Shown in pieces: positions 26,477 to 41,407 of a DNA stretch of 64,000 nt. The stretch is from positions 36,766,001 through 36,830,000 of the forward strand of contig OX597828.1 of NCBI GenBank assembly GCA_951406725.2. Reading direction: 5' to 3'. Both the position numbers and the translations under genes were made by a program. Position 1 is the stretch's first letter. Every line of letters begins with the position of its first letter. A model generated the notes under the pieces. The model was not told the DNA's origin and did no database searches. It saw only the letters and a list, made by a program, of their open reading frames with translations. This stretch comes from Octopus vulgaris. Lineage: Eukaryota.

Positions 26477-27170
26477 CACGCTGAGTAAGCAACGTTTTGA
26501 AACATGAAATTCATCACAATGCATTTCAACAATGCGGAAATTTTATTCATCAAAGTAAGTACCACTACAATCAACACATTTTTGCCAACGGGTTACAAGT
26601 TCGTTTATTCCGGTAACATAAAGATCTGGAGTTCTGGAGCTGACGAACTCTTGGAATGCCTTTCAGCATCGGTTTGATTCATGGAAATATGTTTTTGAAG
26701 TAATGGTTTTACCGAGTTTTAAGAAGTTATAGTGGATGAGGCCAGCGGTACACCACCAAACAGTCACCATAATCATAACCTTCTCGGGTGTAGGGAAGAT
26801 TTTTCGGATAGTCATTTGGGTCCAACCACTGCGAAGAACGTTTTTTATTATTGTACAGAATCCACTTTTCATCGCAAGTGACAATACGGTCGAGAAATGG
26901 ATCGGTCTGGTTATGGAGAAGAAGCGATGAGCAAATTTCATATCTGCACATTTTCTGATTTTCTTTCAAATCGTATGGTATCCGTATGGTATCGAGCTTT
27001 TTTGATTTTCCGATCGCACAGAAATGGTTGCAGGCAATTTTCTGGCTAACTTTAAACCGACTGTCTATTATCAGACAATTGCAAATACGTGTTAAAAGAA
27101 AAAAAAAAATTTGAACTGCAAAAATCCAGTACAAATTCTTCATGGTTCAAAACGTTGCTTACTTTTTACG
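26477..27170 (-). mobile_element. Internally deleted mariner transposon
   Basis: TIR-like AGTAAGCAACGTTTTGAAACATGAA / TTCATGGTTCAAAACGTTGCTTACT; relics IVTCDEKWILYNN and KVMIMVTVWW. Confidence 0.85.
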
Positions 27171-27584
27171 GATAGTTTCACAGTTGTCAGTCAATAAGAA
27201 GGTTAGGGTTAGGGTTTTCTAACGATTGCTGATGAGAATGTAATGTCATGTGAAATTATAGGCCAGTTGATCCCGTTTTTTTTCCTGACGTAGTGAAGTT
27301 GTGCAATCACGACACGTTTACAACTGTTTACGACTGTCGAATGTATGTGTGTAATAAATCTTATCAACTTGTAAATGCAGTGACAGATAAACCTCTAAGG
27401 ACTTAATCCGGAATAAAGTTTAGCATATCCTCTATAGTATTCCCGTATTGAATATATGGAGTGGTTTGCTTACGTTACCCTTTGTTTTGTACAAATGGTT
27501 CAACATTTGGTATCTGTGTCTGTACTAGATTTTGTGTAATGTGATGTGCTTGATGACCCAATCCGTCGTTCGGTTTCACATAAC

Positions 27585-29380
27585 AACCGCAACCAGCGCC
27601 ATCACTGCTGCCACTGCTACAGCTGCCGTCGCTGTCGTCGTTGCCGCCGCTGTCGTCGCTACCGCCGCTGTCGTCGCTGCCGCCGCTGTCGTCGCTGCCG
27701 CCGCTGTCGTCGCTGCCGCCGCCGCTTCTGCCGCCTCTGCCGCCGCCGCTTCCGCAACCGCTACCGCAACCGCTGCCGCCGCCGCCGTTGTCTTCTCCGT
27801 TTCAGCCGCTGTTGCCGCCGTTACCGCCGTTCTCGCCGCTGCCGCCGCTACCGCCGCTGCCGCCGCTACCGCCGCTGCCGCCGCTACCGCCGCTGCCGCC
27901 GCTACCGCCGCTGCCGCCGCTACCGCCGCTGCCGCCGCTACCGCCGTTGACGCCGATACCGCCTCTGCCGCCGCTACCACCGCTGCCGCCGCTCCGCCGC
28001 CGTTGCCGCCGCTACCGCCGCTGCCGCCGCTACCGCCGCTGCCGCCGCTACCGCCGCTGCCGCCGCGCCGCCGCCGCTACCGCCGCTGCCGCCGCTGCCG
28101 CCGCGCCGCCCGCCTCCGACTCCGCTTCCGCCGCTGCCGCCGCAACCACCGCTTCCGCCGCTTCCGCCGCTTCCGCCGCTTCCGCCGCTTCCGCCGCTTC
28201 CGCCGCTACCGCCGCTTCCGCCGCTTCCGCCGCTACCGCCGCTTCCGCCGCTACCGCCGCTGACTACGCTGCCGCCGCTTCCGCCGCTGCCGCCACTGCC
28301 GCCACTTCCGCCGCTGGAGCCGCTTCCGTCGCTGGCGCCGCTTTCGCCGCTTTCGCCGTTGCAGCCGCTGCCGCCGCTTGCGCCGCTCCGCCGCTGCCGC
28401 TGCTGCCGCCGCTGCTGCCACCGCTTCCGCCGCTTACGCCGCTACCGCCGCTGCCACCGCTGCCGCAGCCGCCGCCGCAGTTGCTGCCGCAGTTGCCGCC
28501 GCTACCGCCGCCGCTACCGCCGCCGCTACCGCCGCCGCTACCGCCGCCGCTACCGCCGCCGCTACCGCCGCCGCTACCGCCGCCGCTGCCGCCGCCGCTG
28601 CCGCCGCCGCTACCGCCGCCGCTGCCGCCGCTACCGCCGCCGCTACGCTGCCGCCGCTGCCGCCGCCGCTGCCGCGCTGCGCGCTGCCGCCGCTGCCGCC
28701 GCTGCCGCCGCTGCCGCCGCTGCCGCCGCCGCCGCTGCCGCCGCTACCGCCGCTGCCGCCGCTACCGCCGCTGCCGCCGCTACCGCCGCCGCTGCCGCCG
28801 CTACCGCCGACGCTGCCGCCGCTACCGCCGCTAGCGGCCGCTACCGCCGCCGCTGCCGCAGCTTCTGCCGCTGCCGCAGCTTCTGCCGCTGCAGCCTCCG
28901 CTACCGCCGCCGCTGCCGCCGCCGCTGCCGACGCCGCTGCCGCAGCTGTCGCCGCTGCCGCCGCTATCGCCGCTGCCGCCGCTATCGCCGCTGCCGCCGC
29001 TATCGCCGCTGCCGCCGCTGTCGCCGCTTCCGCCGCTGTCGCCGCTGCCGCCGCTGTCGCCGCTGCCGCCGCTGCCGCCGCTGCCGCCGCAGCCGCCGCT
29101 GCCGCCGCTGCCGCCGCTGCCGCCGCTGCCGCCGCTACCGCCGCTGCCGCCGCTGCTTCTGCCGCCGCTGCCGTCGCTGCCGTCGCTGCCGTCGCTGCCG
29201 TCGCTGCCGTCGCTGCCGTCGCTGCCGTCGCTGCCGTCGCTGCCGTCGCTGCCGTCGCTGCCGCCGCTGCCGCCGCTGCCGCCGCTGCCGCCGCTGCCGC
29301 CGCAACCGCCGCTACCGCCGCTGCCGCCGCTGCCGCCGCTTCCGCCGCTGCCGCCGCTACCGCCGCTACCGCCCTTGCCG
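27585..29380. repeat. 1.8-kb GC-rich cryptic trinucleotide repeat built from 9-bp units (GCCGCCGCT/ACCGCCGCT/GCCGTCGCT)
   Basis: Visible repeat; frame switches between poly-Ala, poly-Pro and poly-Arg readings. Confidence 0.9.
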
Positions 29381-29429
29381 TAAAACAATAACAATACCAC
29401 AAAAACCTTTCTACCCCAGACACAAGCCC

Positions 29430-29620
29430 TGCATTTTGCGTAAGGGGTTAGTCGATTATATCAACCCCGCTTCTCAACTTGTACTTATTTCGTCGACCAC
29501 GAAAGGATGAAAAGCAAAGTCGATCTCGGCGGAATTTGACCCCAAAACGTAAAGGCGGACGAAATGCTGACAATAATTTTGTCCGGCGTGCTAATGAAAC
29601 TGCCAGCTTGCCGCCTTAAC
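29430..29620 (-). mobile_element. SINE family B (diverged)
   Basis: Homology to family B. Confidence 0.7.
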
Positions 29621-29779
29621 ATCAATAATAATAATGCTCACCCTTTGCATTATGGGCAAAAGGCCTGAAATTATGTCGACCTCAGTGTTTCACTGGTACT
29701 TATTTTATCAGAGATGTACTTGCATAGGAAGTGATCTGATCTGAGATCGTGTACTGAAACAAAAACAATGGCAGCATGG

Positions 29780-30335
29780 AAGGTGTTTATAAGCCATTTA
29801 AGAAAAACACAAAAACCGTTAGATTCACTTCAACATTTAAATGTAATTTGTCAAGATATTTTCGTCTCCTTGAACCTGTTCACTGACAAAATTCCATGCT
29901 GCATCTCAGAATTTTGTAAGTGGACAGGTCGCAGTTTCAAAGTGACGAAGATATTTTGGCGAATTAAATTTAAATGTTGAAGTGAATCTAAAGGTTTTTG
30001 TGTGTTTTTAAATCTTTATATATAAAACTGAAGTTGTGTGTGTGAGACTCTGTCTCCTCCGATTTAGATTCCTAACTACTCCCACATTTTGCGGTGCAGT
30101 TTAACCAAAAGCGGATATCTTATAGTCGTCATTCATTTCGAGCCCTTCTGGGTATTAGCGCGCGTCTAAGATAAGTCTACGATTAAAAAAAAAAATTACC
30201 ATCATTTTTCCGCATTTTTAATGATTTTTGCTCGGGTTATATAAGGGAAGTAACTCTCTAAAAATGCTTATATAGTTATTTCCCTTACAAACCCGAGCAA
30301 CGCCGGGCAATACTGCTAGTGACTTATAAACACCT
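29780..30335. mobile_element. Palindromic MITE interrupted by a Helitron
   Basis: Left arm GGTGTTTATAAGCCATTTAAG...TTAGATTCACTTCAACATTTAAAT mirrors the right arm once 30013-30319 is removed. Confidence 0.7.
30013..30319 (+). mobile_element. Non-autonomous Helitron
   Basis: 5' TC(TTTATATATAAAA), 3' hairpin CCCGAGCAACGCCGGG then CTAG; inserted between A and T with no TSD; longer copy at 46072-46576. Confidence 0.85.
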
Positions 30336-31059
30336 ATTCTGCAATTGTTTTTTTTTTTATCGACCTCAACGGAATTTGAACTCAGAACATAAGACAGACA
30401 AAATGTCGCTAAGCATTTTGCCAGGTGTGCTAACGATTCTGCCAGCTCGTCGCCTTAATAACAACAGTATTAATAATCCTTTCTACTGGAGGCAGAAGGC
30501 CTAAAATTTGGTGGGAGGGGCCACCAAAGTATATTGACCCCAGTGTTTTACTGGTACTTAATTTATCGACCCCGAAAGGGTGACAGGCAAAGTCGACCTC
30601 GGCGGAATTTGAATTCAGACCGGAGCGATGGGTGAAATATCGCTAAGCATTATAATTATAATTATGGTTTCTGATTTAGGAACAAAATCAGATATTTTTA
30701 TGGGGCGTGGTTAGTCGATAGCTTTCAGTATTTGACAGATACTTTATAATAACCAATCTCGGAGGGATTTGAACTCATAATGTAATGAGTCGGAGTAAAT
30801 ACTACAAAGCATTTTGCTTCTGGAACTCTATTGATTCTGCCGCCACACCAACTTTTAATAATGGCTTTTCCGATTTACGTCTTTAGAGCAGCAAGAGGAA
30901 CGTGTCGATGCCATCGACCTCCGTACGTGACTGGTACTGATCTTATCGAATAAAAAGCGAAGTGGGCCTTGGCGGGATTTGAATTCAGATCGTAAAGAGC
31001 AGAAATATTTTTGTTCGATGCCCTAACGATTCTGCTACGAAAATGTTCTTAATAAAGGT

Positions 31060-31732
31060 TTCAAATTTTGGCACAAGGTCAGCAAGTTTAGGGGAAAGGA
31101 CTAAGTCGATTGCATCGAGCCCCAGTGCTCAATTGCTGCTTATTTTATCGGCCCTAAAAGGATGAAAGACAAAGTTGAACTCAGAACATGAAGACGGACG
31201 AAATGCTGCTAAGTCTATTACATCGACGCCAGTGCGTAACTGGTACTTAATTTATCGACCCCGAAAGGATGAAAGGCAAAGTCGACCTCGTCGGAATTTG
31301 AACTCTGAACGTAGCGGCAGACGAAATACCTATTTCTTTACTACTCACAAGGGGCTAAACACAGAGGGGACAAACAAGGACAGACAGACAGATTAAGTCG
31401 ATTACATCGACCTCAGTGTGTAACTGGTACTTAATTTATCGAGCACGAAAGGATGATAGGCAAAGTCGACCTCAGCGGAATTTGAACGTTGAGGCAGACG
31501 AAATACCTATTTCTTTATTACCCACAAGGGGCTAAACACAGAGGAGACAAACAAGGACAGACAGACGGATTAAGTCGATTACATCGACCTCAGTGTGTAA
31601 CTGGTACTTTATTTATCGAGCCCGAAAGGATGAAAGGCAAAGTCGACCTCGGCGGAATTTGAACGTTGCGGCAGACGAAATACCGCTAGGCATTTCGCCC
31701 GACGTGCTAACATTTCTGCCAGCTCGCCGCCC
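31060..31732 (-). mobile_element. Tandem multimer of SINE family B
   Basis: One full unit plus head-truncated units joined at the same junction (~31329, ~31507). Confidence 0.8.
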
Positions 31733-31947
31733 TGAATATATGTATGTATATTTATGCGAATGGTATTAGTGCGAATGGTTTTTTTTTATACGGCGCCGAG
31801 TTTACAATCCTGTAAATAATAATAATGGCTTTTTTATATAAGCTTAAAGCTTATGACAATCACCGGGCAATATCTGCCCCTTTATTAGACTATTTTCCTT
31901 AGTCATTGCACGGTGATCGCCATAAGCTTTAAGCTTATATAGACATA

Positions 31948-32182
31948 CCTATTTCTTTATTACCCATAAGGGGCTAAACACAGAGGGGACAAACAAGGAC
32001 AGACATAGGTATTGAATCGAGTATATCGACCCCAGTGCGTAACTGGTACTTAATTTATCGACCCCGAAAGGATGAAAGGCAAAGTCGACCTCGGCGGAAT
32101 TTGAACTCACAACGTAGCGGCAGACGAAATACGGCTAAGCATTTCGCCCGGCGTGCTAACGAATCTGCCAGCTCGCCGCCTT
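31948..32182 (-). mobile_element. SINE family B
   Basis: Homology to family B. Confidence 0.85.
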
Positions 32183-32224
32183 ATATAAAAATACCACACA
32201 CTCACACACACACACATATGTATT

Positions 32225-32805
<581 letters not shown>

Positions 32806-32859
32806 GAGCGAAAAAACACCTAAAAGCTCCACGATATATATATAAATACATATATATAC

Positions 32860-33430
<571 letters not shown>

Positions 33431-33472
33431 GCATATATATATATATAATATATATATGTGCATATATATATA

Positions 33473-33585
<113 letters not shown>

Positions 33586-33595
33586 TAGCAAAAAC

Positions 33596-33631
33596 TGTCC
33601 GATGAACGGCAACGGGAAACTCAGAGTAACA
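33596..33631 (+). ncRNA. Minimal hammerhead-like motif (CCGAUGA core) in a (TA)n-flanked 150-bp module
   Basis: ugu-CCGAUGA-acggcaacgg-GAAAC-UCAGA-GUA-aca; stem II weak. Confidence 0.5.
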
Positions 33632-33735
33632 TATTTTGTTGAATTTTCTGCTGCTTTAAATAAAGCATATTACTCTACCACTGGTATTTGAGTACTCTTT
33701 TTTCCACCTTGTTTCACATTATGTGTTTACTCCGG

Positions 33736-33860
<125 letters not shown>

Positions 33861-34430
33861 ATATGTATTTATATATATGTATAAATATATATGCAGAGCA
33901 CATTAACAGATGAACAAAACAGTATCTAAAATTACACGAAGCCAAAAATAAGAGAAAGTAAAATTAAGGCTAACTCTACAAAAATTGTAATTACTCATCC
34001 GTTTATAGGAAGATAAAAATATTATTTGTTGATTGCTTTATTGTTTTAGTTTCGTTTTCCTTATAATTCCGATATCTGGGTTGAAATTATTTTTATCAGC
34101 TATTTTACGCTTGAGAAATTAAATGATTCCTTGGAGTTTCTAACCAACCAGCCGACCAACCAGCCAACCAGCCGCCCAACCAGCCGATCAAGTCAGGCAG
34201 CCAGTGAAATATTCCTCTTTTCTCACATCCCTCAACACGTAGATCTATCAGTCTTTATATATATTTTTTTTTTGGATAAGCAGTATTGTTAGACCCGTCG
34301 AAACATTTACCTTACAGTATTTGTTTCTTATAAAAACTAAACAAACAAAACATCTGTGTTGAACTCCCGAGTTCATGTCCCACCAACTGCAACCTTTACT
34401 TTTCATCCATCGAGGGTCGATAACCTCCTG

Positions 34431-35022
34431 CAGTAGTTCCCAAACTGTGGTCCTCAGATCTCTGGTGGTCTGCAAAGGTAGTTCTGCGAGTTTGTGAACA
34501 TGTCGAGCTGACAGACCTTTTAGTATCCTAGGAAAACTAAGGCGGCGAGATGGCAGAATCGTTAGCACGCCGGGCGAAATGCGTAGCCGTATATCGTCTG
34601 CCGTTACGTTCTGAGTTCAAATTCCGCCGAGGTCGACTTTGGCTTTCATCCTTTCGGGATCGATAAATTAAGTACCAGTACTGGGGTCGATGTAATCGAC
34701 TTATCTCCTTTGTCTGTCCTTGTTTGTTCCCTCTATGTTTAGCCCCTTGTGGGCAATAAAGAAATAAACTTTAGCACGCCGCGTTTGTCATTTCATTCTG
34801 AGTTCAAATTCCGTCAAGGTCGACTTTGCCTTTCATCCTTTCGGGTCGATAAATTAAGTACCATTAAAACACTGGGGTCGATCGAATCGATTGACCCCCT
34901 CTCCCCCAAAATTTCGGGCCTTGTACCTAGAGTAGAAAAGAATATCCCGGCAAAAACTCATTTTAATAAAAACTCATCTAAATAAAAGGAGTCCCTGGAA
35001 GTGAAAAGGTTGGGAACAACTG
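34431..35022. mobile_element. hAT/Charlie-like MITE with nested SINE B (34540-34940)
   Basis: CAGTAGTTCCCAAACT...AGGTTGGGAACAACTG ends; TSD not evident. Confidence 0.55.
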
Positions 35023-35400
35023 ATTTACAGTATGAATGCAGCACTGGAGTCAATAGAATTGATTACCTCCACCCTCAACATTCAAGGATTTTGACTCTAT
35101 TGGTTTAAAATTTTGGCCCAAGACCAGAAATTTCGAGTGAGGGTTTGAATCAGTTACATCGACTCCCAGTGCTCAATTGGCATCTGTCTTATCGAACTCA
35201 AAATGAATGTTGGGTGAAGTCGACTTTGGCGGAATTTGAACTCAATAATTTTGCCTATATTATAAATAATTATTCTGACTGAGCGGAATCGTGAAATCGT
35301 TGGAAGAAATGGTTGTTATGATTGCTTCGTTCGGCGGTCAAATTCCACAGATGATGACTTTGCTTTTCATCCACCATTGAAGCACGGCTTATGTGTTATG

Positions 35401-35490
<90 letters not shown>

Positions 35491-35494
35491 TATA

Positions 35495-36360
35495 TACTGT
35501 AAATCCCCGAGTATAGTCCTCCCTTGAGTATAATACGTAGCGGATTTTTAAGGGGCTGTAATTCTGAAAAACCTAAACCTTGTGTATAATACGCACCCTT
35601 TCTCTAACTTGAGTCAAGGAGGTCTATATAACTTTCTTGGTTTGTAAAAATGTATACGGTAACGTCCTTTATTATTATTGTATACATAACATAATGCAAA
35701 CGTATAGCTTTTTTGTGTATTTTGTTTGCAGAAAATAAAGAAATAACAGTAATAACGTCAGTGAAAAATAAATATTAAGTAAATTGCCTTTACATATTTA
35801 TTACTATCAATTACAAAAGCAAAAGCAAAAACATTTATTCAAATCCTTCAAATTCAACGTCACTTTCAGCATCAAATAACTGTTCCATTTGTTCCTCCGT
35901 AAACATGTCAGCATCATTGTCGTGTAAATCTCCGTCATCGTCAGATTCATAGTCAACATCAGACGATTCACTTTCATTTATTTCATCTTTCCATACAACG
36001 TCATCCTGAGTACCAATACAAACAGCAGGATGAACTATTTAGTACTAAACTATTATGCACAATTCGTGCGTAATTAAGCCAGCAGCATTTAGTCGAACAA
36101 ACACTTCCGCGCATGCGTAATACAATAATGGTGATGTTCTTAACTGTTATATGGGAATGTAAATATGTTTGCAAATTGTTTTTGTTACATGTTATTCTGT
36201 GTTCTGAATACTTTTATTTTAATAAATGTTGCTTACTGCAAGTTATGGATGATTGTTTTATGACTTCATTGCTTTCAGGCTTAGCATAACGTATTTTCGC
36301 GCCCGACATCACAAAATGTGTCTGAATAAACATTGCCGGACAGCAAATAGAGACTCGGAC
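35495..36360. mobile_element. Pogo/Tigger-like DNA transposon remnant
   Basis: Terminus TACTGTAAATCCCCGAGTATA with subterminal GTATAATACG repeats; acidic C-terminal coding relic on the minus strand (~35850-36010). Confidence 0.5.
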
Positions 36361-36585
36361 ATTGCTTAGAAAACATTTCCCAGACCGGGCGTTGTGAGTG
36401 TTTATTGAGCGAAAACACCTAACAGCTCCACGAGGCTCCGGCAGAGGGTGGTGATCCCTGCTGTACTTTTTCACCACAACTTTCTCTCACTCTTTCTTCT
36501 GTTGGCCTGCTCGCTTAGCCAGCGGGGTGGCGTTTATCGCATTGTGACCAGCGATGTGTAGCAACATCTGATGGTCTGGTCGGTT

Positions 36586-36622
<37 letters not shown>

Positions 36623-36650
36623 CTTCGTATCTTATATGTATATGTGTATA

Positions 36651-37008
36651 CTCTTTTACTTGTTTCAGTCATTTGACTGTGGCCATGCTAAGTTACGGGG
36701 ACGTAAACACACCAGCATCGGTTGTCAAGCAACGTTGGAGGGACAAACACAGACACACAAACATATACACACATACATACATACATACATAAATACATAC
36801 ATACATACATGATACATACATACATACATACATACATACATACATACGACGGGCTTCTTTCAGTTTCCGTCTGCCAAATCCACTCACAAGGATTTGGTCG
36901 GCCCGAGGTTATAGTAGAAGGCACTTCCCCCAGGGTACCAGGAAGTGGGACTGAACCCGGGTCATGTGGTTAGTAAGCAAGCTAATTACAACACAGCCAC
37001 TCCTACGC
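36651..37008 (-). mobile_element. SINE family A (internal deletion)
   Basis: Homology to family A. Confidence 0.8.
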
Positions 37009-37159
37009 CGATATAATACACATACATGTACATATGTGTATATTTATATGTGCGCGCGCGTATGTGTCTGTGCGTGTGTTCATCTTTCTATATGTGTATT
37101 TATATGTGTGTACAAGTATGTGTTGTTATGTATATGATTATATATCTCTGTGGGTATAT

Positions 37160-37635
37160 CTATTTCTTTATTGCTCAATAGGGGCTAAACGTAGATGGGA
37201 CAAACAAGGGATTAGATCGATTACATCGACCGGAGTGCATGACTGGTACTTATTTAATTGACCCCAAAAGGATTAAAGGCTAAGTCGACCTCGGCGGAAT
37301 TTGAACTCAGAACGTAGCGGCAGACGAAATACCTATTTCTTTACTACCCACAAGGGTAGTAAAGAAATAGAGTCTCTATTTGCTGTCCGGCAATGTTTAT
37401 TCAGACGCATTTTGTGATGTCGGGCGCGAAACAGAGAGGAGACAAACAAGGACAGACAAACGGATTAAGTCGATTATATCGACCCCAGTGCATAACTGGT
37501 ACATATTTAATCGACCCCGAAAGGATGAAAGGCAAAGACGACCTCGGCAGAATTTGAAGTCAGAACGTAACAGCAGACGAAATACCGCTATGCATTCCGT
37601 CCGGCGTGCTAACGTTTCTGCCAGCTCGCCGCTTT
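37160..37635 (-). mobile_element. SINE family B dimer, rearranged
   Basis: Homology to family B; recurrent junction at ~37332 followed by a tail fold-back hairpin. Confidence 0.75.
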
Positions 37636-37673
37636 AATTTACACATACATACATACATACATACATACATACA

Positions 37674-37704
<31 letters not shown>

Positions 37705-38274
37705 GCATACATACATACATACATACATATATACATACATACATACACACACATTGCGTACTGACTCATATAAGCTACAGCATCAAGTTCAAAGGATTAA
37801 AAATGTCACCCAGTACACAATGAGATCATCCTCTCTGTCACCCACCTACATAACCAACCCAGTATATCTAACCACCCTCATACCATTAGCAGGGATATAA
37901 TAATACAAACAGCCAAATTTATATCCAGACAGTTATATCATGAATCAAAGGAGATCAGTCAACGGTGTTGTTGTGTGTCTAACGTAGGGTAACGTTTTTC
38001 ATGATGGGAGATCAGCTTTAGTTGTTGTGGTAGTAGGATTAATGTGTGTAGTTGGTTATTGTTGTTGTTGTGTGTAAACAGAATTTGTAAAAAAAAAATC
38101 AATAAGGGTTGTCTTTTATTGTCGATTGATTTATAGATGGAAAGATTGATGTGTTTTCCCATCACATTTCCCTTCCGCTTTTTCGGTCATTTCTTCCTTA
38201 TGTCCGTCATTTCTTCTTCCCTTCATTCATTCGTCCGGTTCGTTCTTTCTTCTTGGTCACGACTATGTGAAGAC

Positions 38275-38338
<64 letters not shown>

Positions 38339-38522
38339 GCATACAGAGATAGACAGACGCACACGCACGCACAACGTACACGCACTAGTATACATTATAT
38401 AATATGTGTATATATATATACAAATATACACATATGTTTATATATATACACATGATATATGTATATAGACATACATATACGCACGTATAAATATATAAGT
38501 ATATACACACATAAATATATAA

Positions 38523-38573
<51 letters not shown>

Positions 38574-38574
38574 T

Positions 38575-38651
<77 letters not shown>

Positions 38652-38718
38652 CAACACATATATCTATAAAAGTATATATATGCATATACCTCTCTATTTT
38701 TGTCTATCTGTCTGTCTG

Positions 38719-38749
<31 letters not shown>

Positions 38750-39034
38750 ATATATATATATATACATACACATATATTACAGTCACACACATTCTATATT
38801 ATCATATACGTTTATCTGCCTTCATTTGAATACCCCAAAATTTTTTCGATGTGTTAATCGTAAAGCATTTTACCCTTCATGATGTTTTAATTTATCATAA
38901 CATACTTTTATTCGACCTAACCTATCTCTGCTCCGCCACAATGTATACTTAATCTTCAAAATGTAGCTTTACTGCAAATGCTTTTCTCATAATGTGTCAC
39001 ACATCTTTCCAACTATATCTATACTAGCACGAGG

Positions 39035-39500
39035 CCACCAGCAATCCAAGAGGTTTCAGATTAAGAGAGCTAGAAGACCACATGATCACACAGCTCTCTC
39101 GCATCTTGCCGTACATGAACTGCACGTCCATGTTCATCACTATTTATTAGCCCCGACCGTTTTGTACCTGATTTACTCATGGATTACTCAACGGATTACG
39201 GACTTCTTCATCTCGAACTTCTCGGCAATGGCTCTCACCGACTCACTTGAGATGTCATTAATGATGTACTCGGCTTGTTGGGCCAGCTACGTTTTTCTGA
39301 TAACATCTAATCTTTGAGAATGCTTCTTGTTGTTGGCCGAAAATGATACGAGACTGTTGTAGGCTTCCAACACTTTTCCGACGTTGTATACGTGAAGATC
39401 GTGACAATGTCCAAGAAATTATAGTTAGTAGCTACAGATGCAAACACGGCCTGCTATTCTATTTCTCGGTTCATATTGCGATTTGACATGTTGATGCTGC
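39035..39500 (-). mobile_element. Decayed Tc1/mariner (maT/DD37D-like) transposase relic
   Basis: Minus-strand SVRAIAEKFEMKKSVIR (HTH-like) and a degenerate WPxxSPDLNPLD-like motif (WSSSSLNLKPL); many stops. Confidence 0.55.
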
Positions 39501-40114
39501 CAATACGTTTGAAAAAGAAAAATGAAAGTTAGGATTTAGAGTATGCTGTATAACGTAACATTGAGTTTGGTAGTCTTCCATTTGGTAGTCTATTCACAAT
39601 GACTCGCTACATTGTATATATGTACATGTGTGTGACATACATACAGCGGCACTTGTACCCTTATAACTAATTTTCATTTGTAAAGATCATCATTATGTAC
39701 CAACAAATTTACATAAAAATCTAGATACACTCGGTTTCTCGGGAAAAAGCAAAAGTAACTGACGCGGATTCTCCAAATCCAAATTATTAGTGGCACAGTG
39801 AAGATCTGTATGACATTCCAAAAATTCTCCATGTGAGATTGTTATGTGAATAGATGCACACACTCGGGTGCATGCATCGACAGTTCAACCAACACACCAA
39901 CTCGACCACATATTCAGAAACACCGGAAAGTCTCTTCGCTCAAAATGCCTTGTTAGCAACCGGATCGAACTCTCTTAAGAACTTGCATTAAACAGAAAGG
40001 AAAAAACATACATATATACATACGTACATACATAGGTACGAACATACATACATACATGCATGCATACGTACATACATGCATGCATGCATACGTACATACA
40101 TACATGCACATATA

Positions 40115-40347
40115 TATTTCTTTACTACCCACAAGGGGCTAAACATAGAGGGGACAAACAAGGACAGACAAAGGGATTAAGTCGATTACATCGACCCCAG
40201 TGCGAAATTGGTACTTTATTTATCGACCCCGAAAGGATGAAAGACAAAGTCAACCTCGGCGGAATTCGAACTCAGAACGTAACGACAGACGAAATACCGC
40301 TAAGCATTTCGCCCTGCGCGCTAACGTTTCTGCCAGCTCGCTGCCTT
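40115..40347 (-). mobile_element. SINE family B
   Basis: Homology to family B. Confidence 0.85.
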
Positions 40348-40394
40348 ATATACATACACATATAGACATGCATATACACCCACTTATGCACATA

Positions 40395-40680
40395 CATACA
40401 TCCATCTCTCTTTTAGTTCTTAATCCTCCAGTGCTATTAACACAACGGGCAACGAACCTTCTCCTAAAATTGCTCGCCCTCTTCCTTCCAGGTTTTTCTC
40501 CCCTCCGGCGTCCACTCCATCTCGATGATAGCATGTGTCTCCTGTGGTAATCGAAGCAGTTGGCCAGTAAACCTTATCCGCCGCTTGGTCACCATGTCCT
40601 GCAAACATTCCATGCCGGCGACTCTTATCACCCCTTTACTTCGCACCCTGTTCCTTACCGGGATAGAGCGAGAAACAGGA
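40395..40680 (-). mobile_element. RTE-clade LINE 3' fragment
   Basis: LQDMVTKRRIRFTGQLLRLPQET..MEWTPEGRKTWK resembles RTE C-termini. Confidence 0.6.
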
Positions 40681-40958
40681 GGTGATAAGAACCGCTTGCA
40701 AACGATTATCATATGAAGTTCATAACATAACCGCTTATTCTTTCGTCTTCTCTTTTTTCTCATTACAGCTCTGTACTCGACTAACGCTTCTAATTTAATC
40801 CTGAGCCGACTAAAGCCTTACGAGTGGATTTGGCAGACGGAAACGGAAAGAAGCGTCGTATGTATGAATGCATGTATGTATGTATGTATGTATGTATGTA
40901 TGTATGTATGTATGTATGTATGTATGTATGTATGTATGTATGCATGTATGAATTTATG

Positions 40959-41035
<77 letters not shown>

Positions 41036-41407
41036 TTATAAAATGAGATAGGGGTTGAAAATTCAACCCACCATGGGATAATATATATCCAATATACTGC
41101 TAGATAGGTACCCAACAAAATTAATACATAGGTGTTAAAAAATTGTCAAACAATCAGTTCATCTATTGTATTATATGGGTGAAGGTAATAATATTACCGT
41201 AAATTAATACTACAAAATTAGAGAATGGAGAAACATACTTAAATCAGTAAAACATCAACTATCCGATGATACTCAATCCATACTTTAATACACCATTACC
41301 TATGAGTAAAGGCAATATATAAAATGAAATGAGATATACAGTAATAGTAAAAAGATAAAGAGATATAAGTAAAAAATTTTGAAATATAATATACAAATAA
41401 ATCAGAA

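Noticed and set aside
27201-27216. Interstitial TTAGGG telomere repeat (also 62028)
   Set aside because: Only ~2 units; probably part of a dispersed repeat
32056-32095. CCGAAAGG-ATGA motif in SINE B as a ribozyme
   Set aside because: No CUGANGA core or hammerhead topology; it is the antisense of the Meta-like central domain
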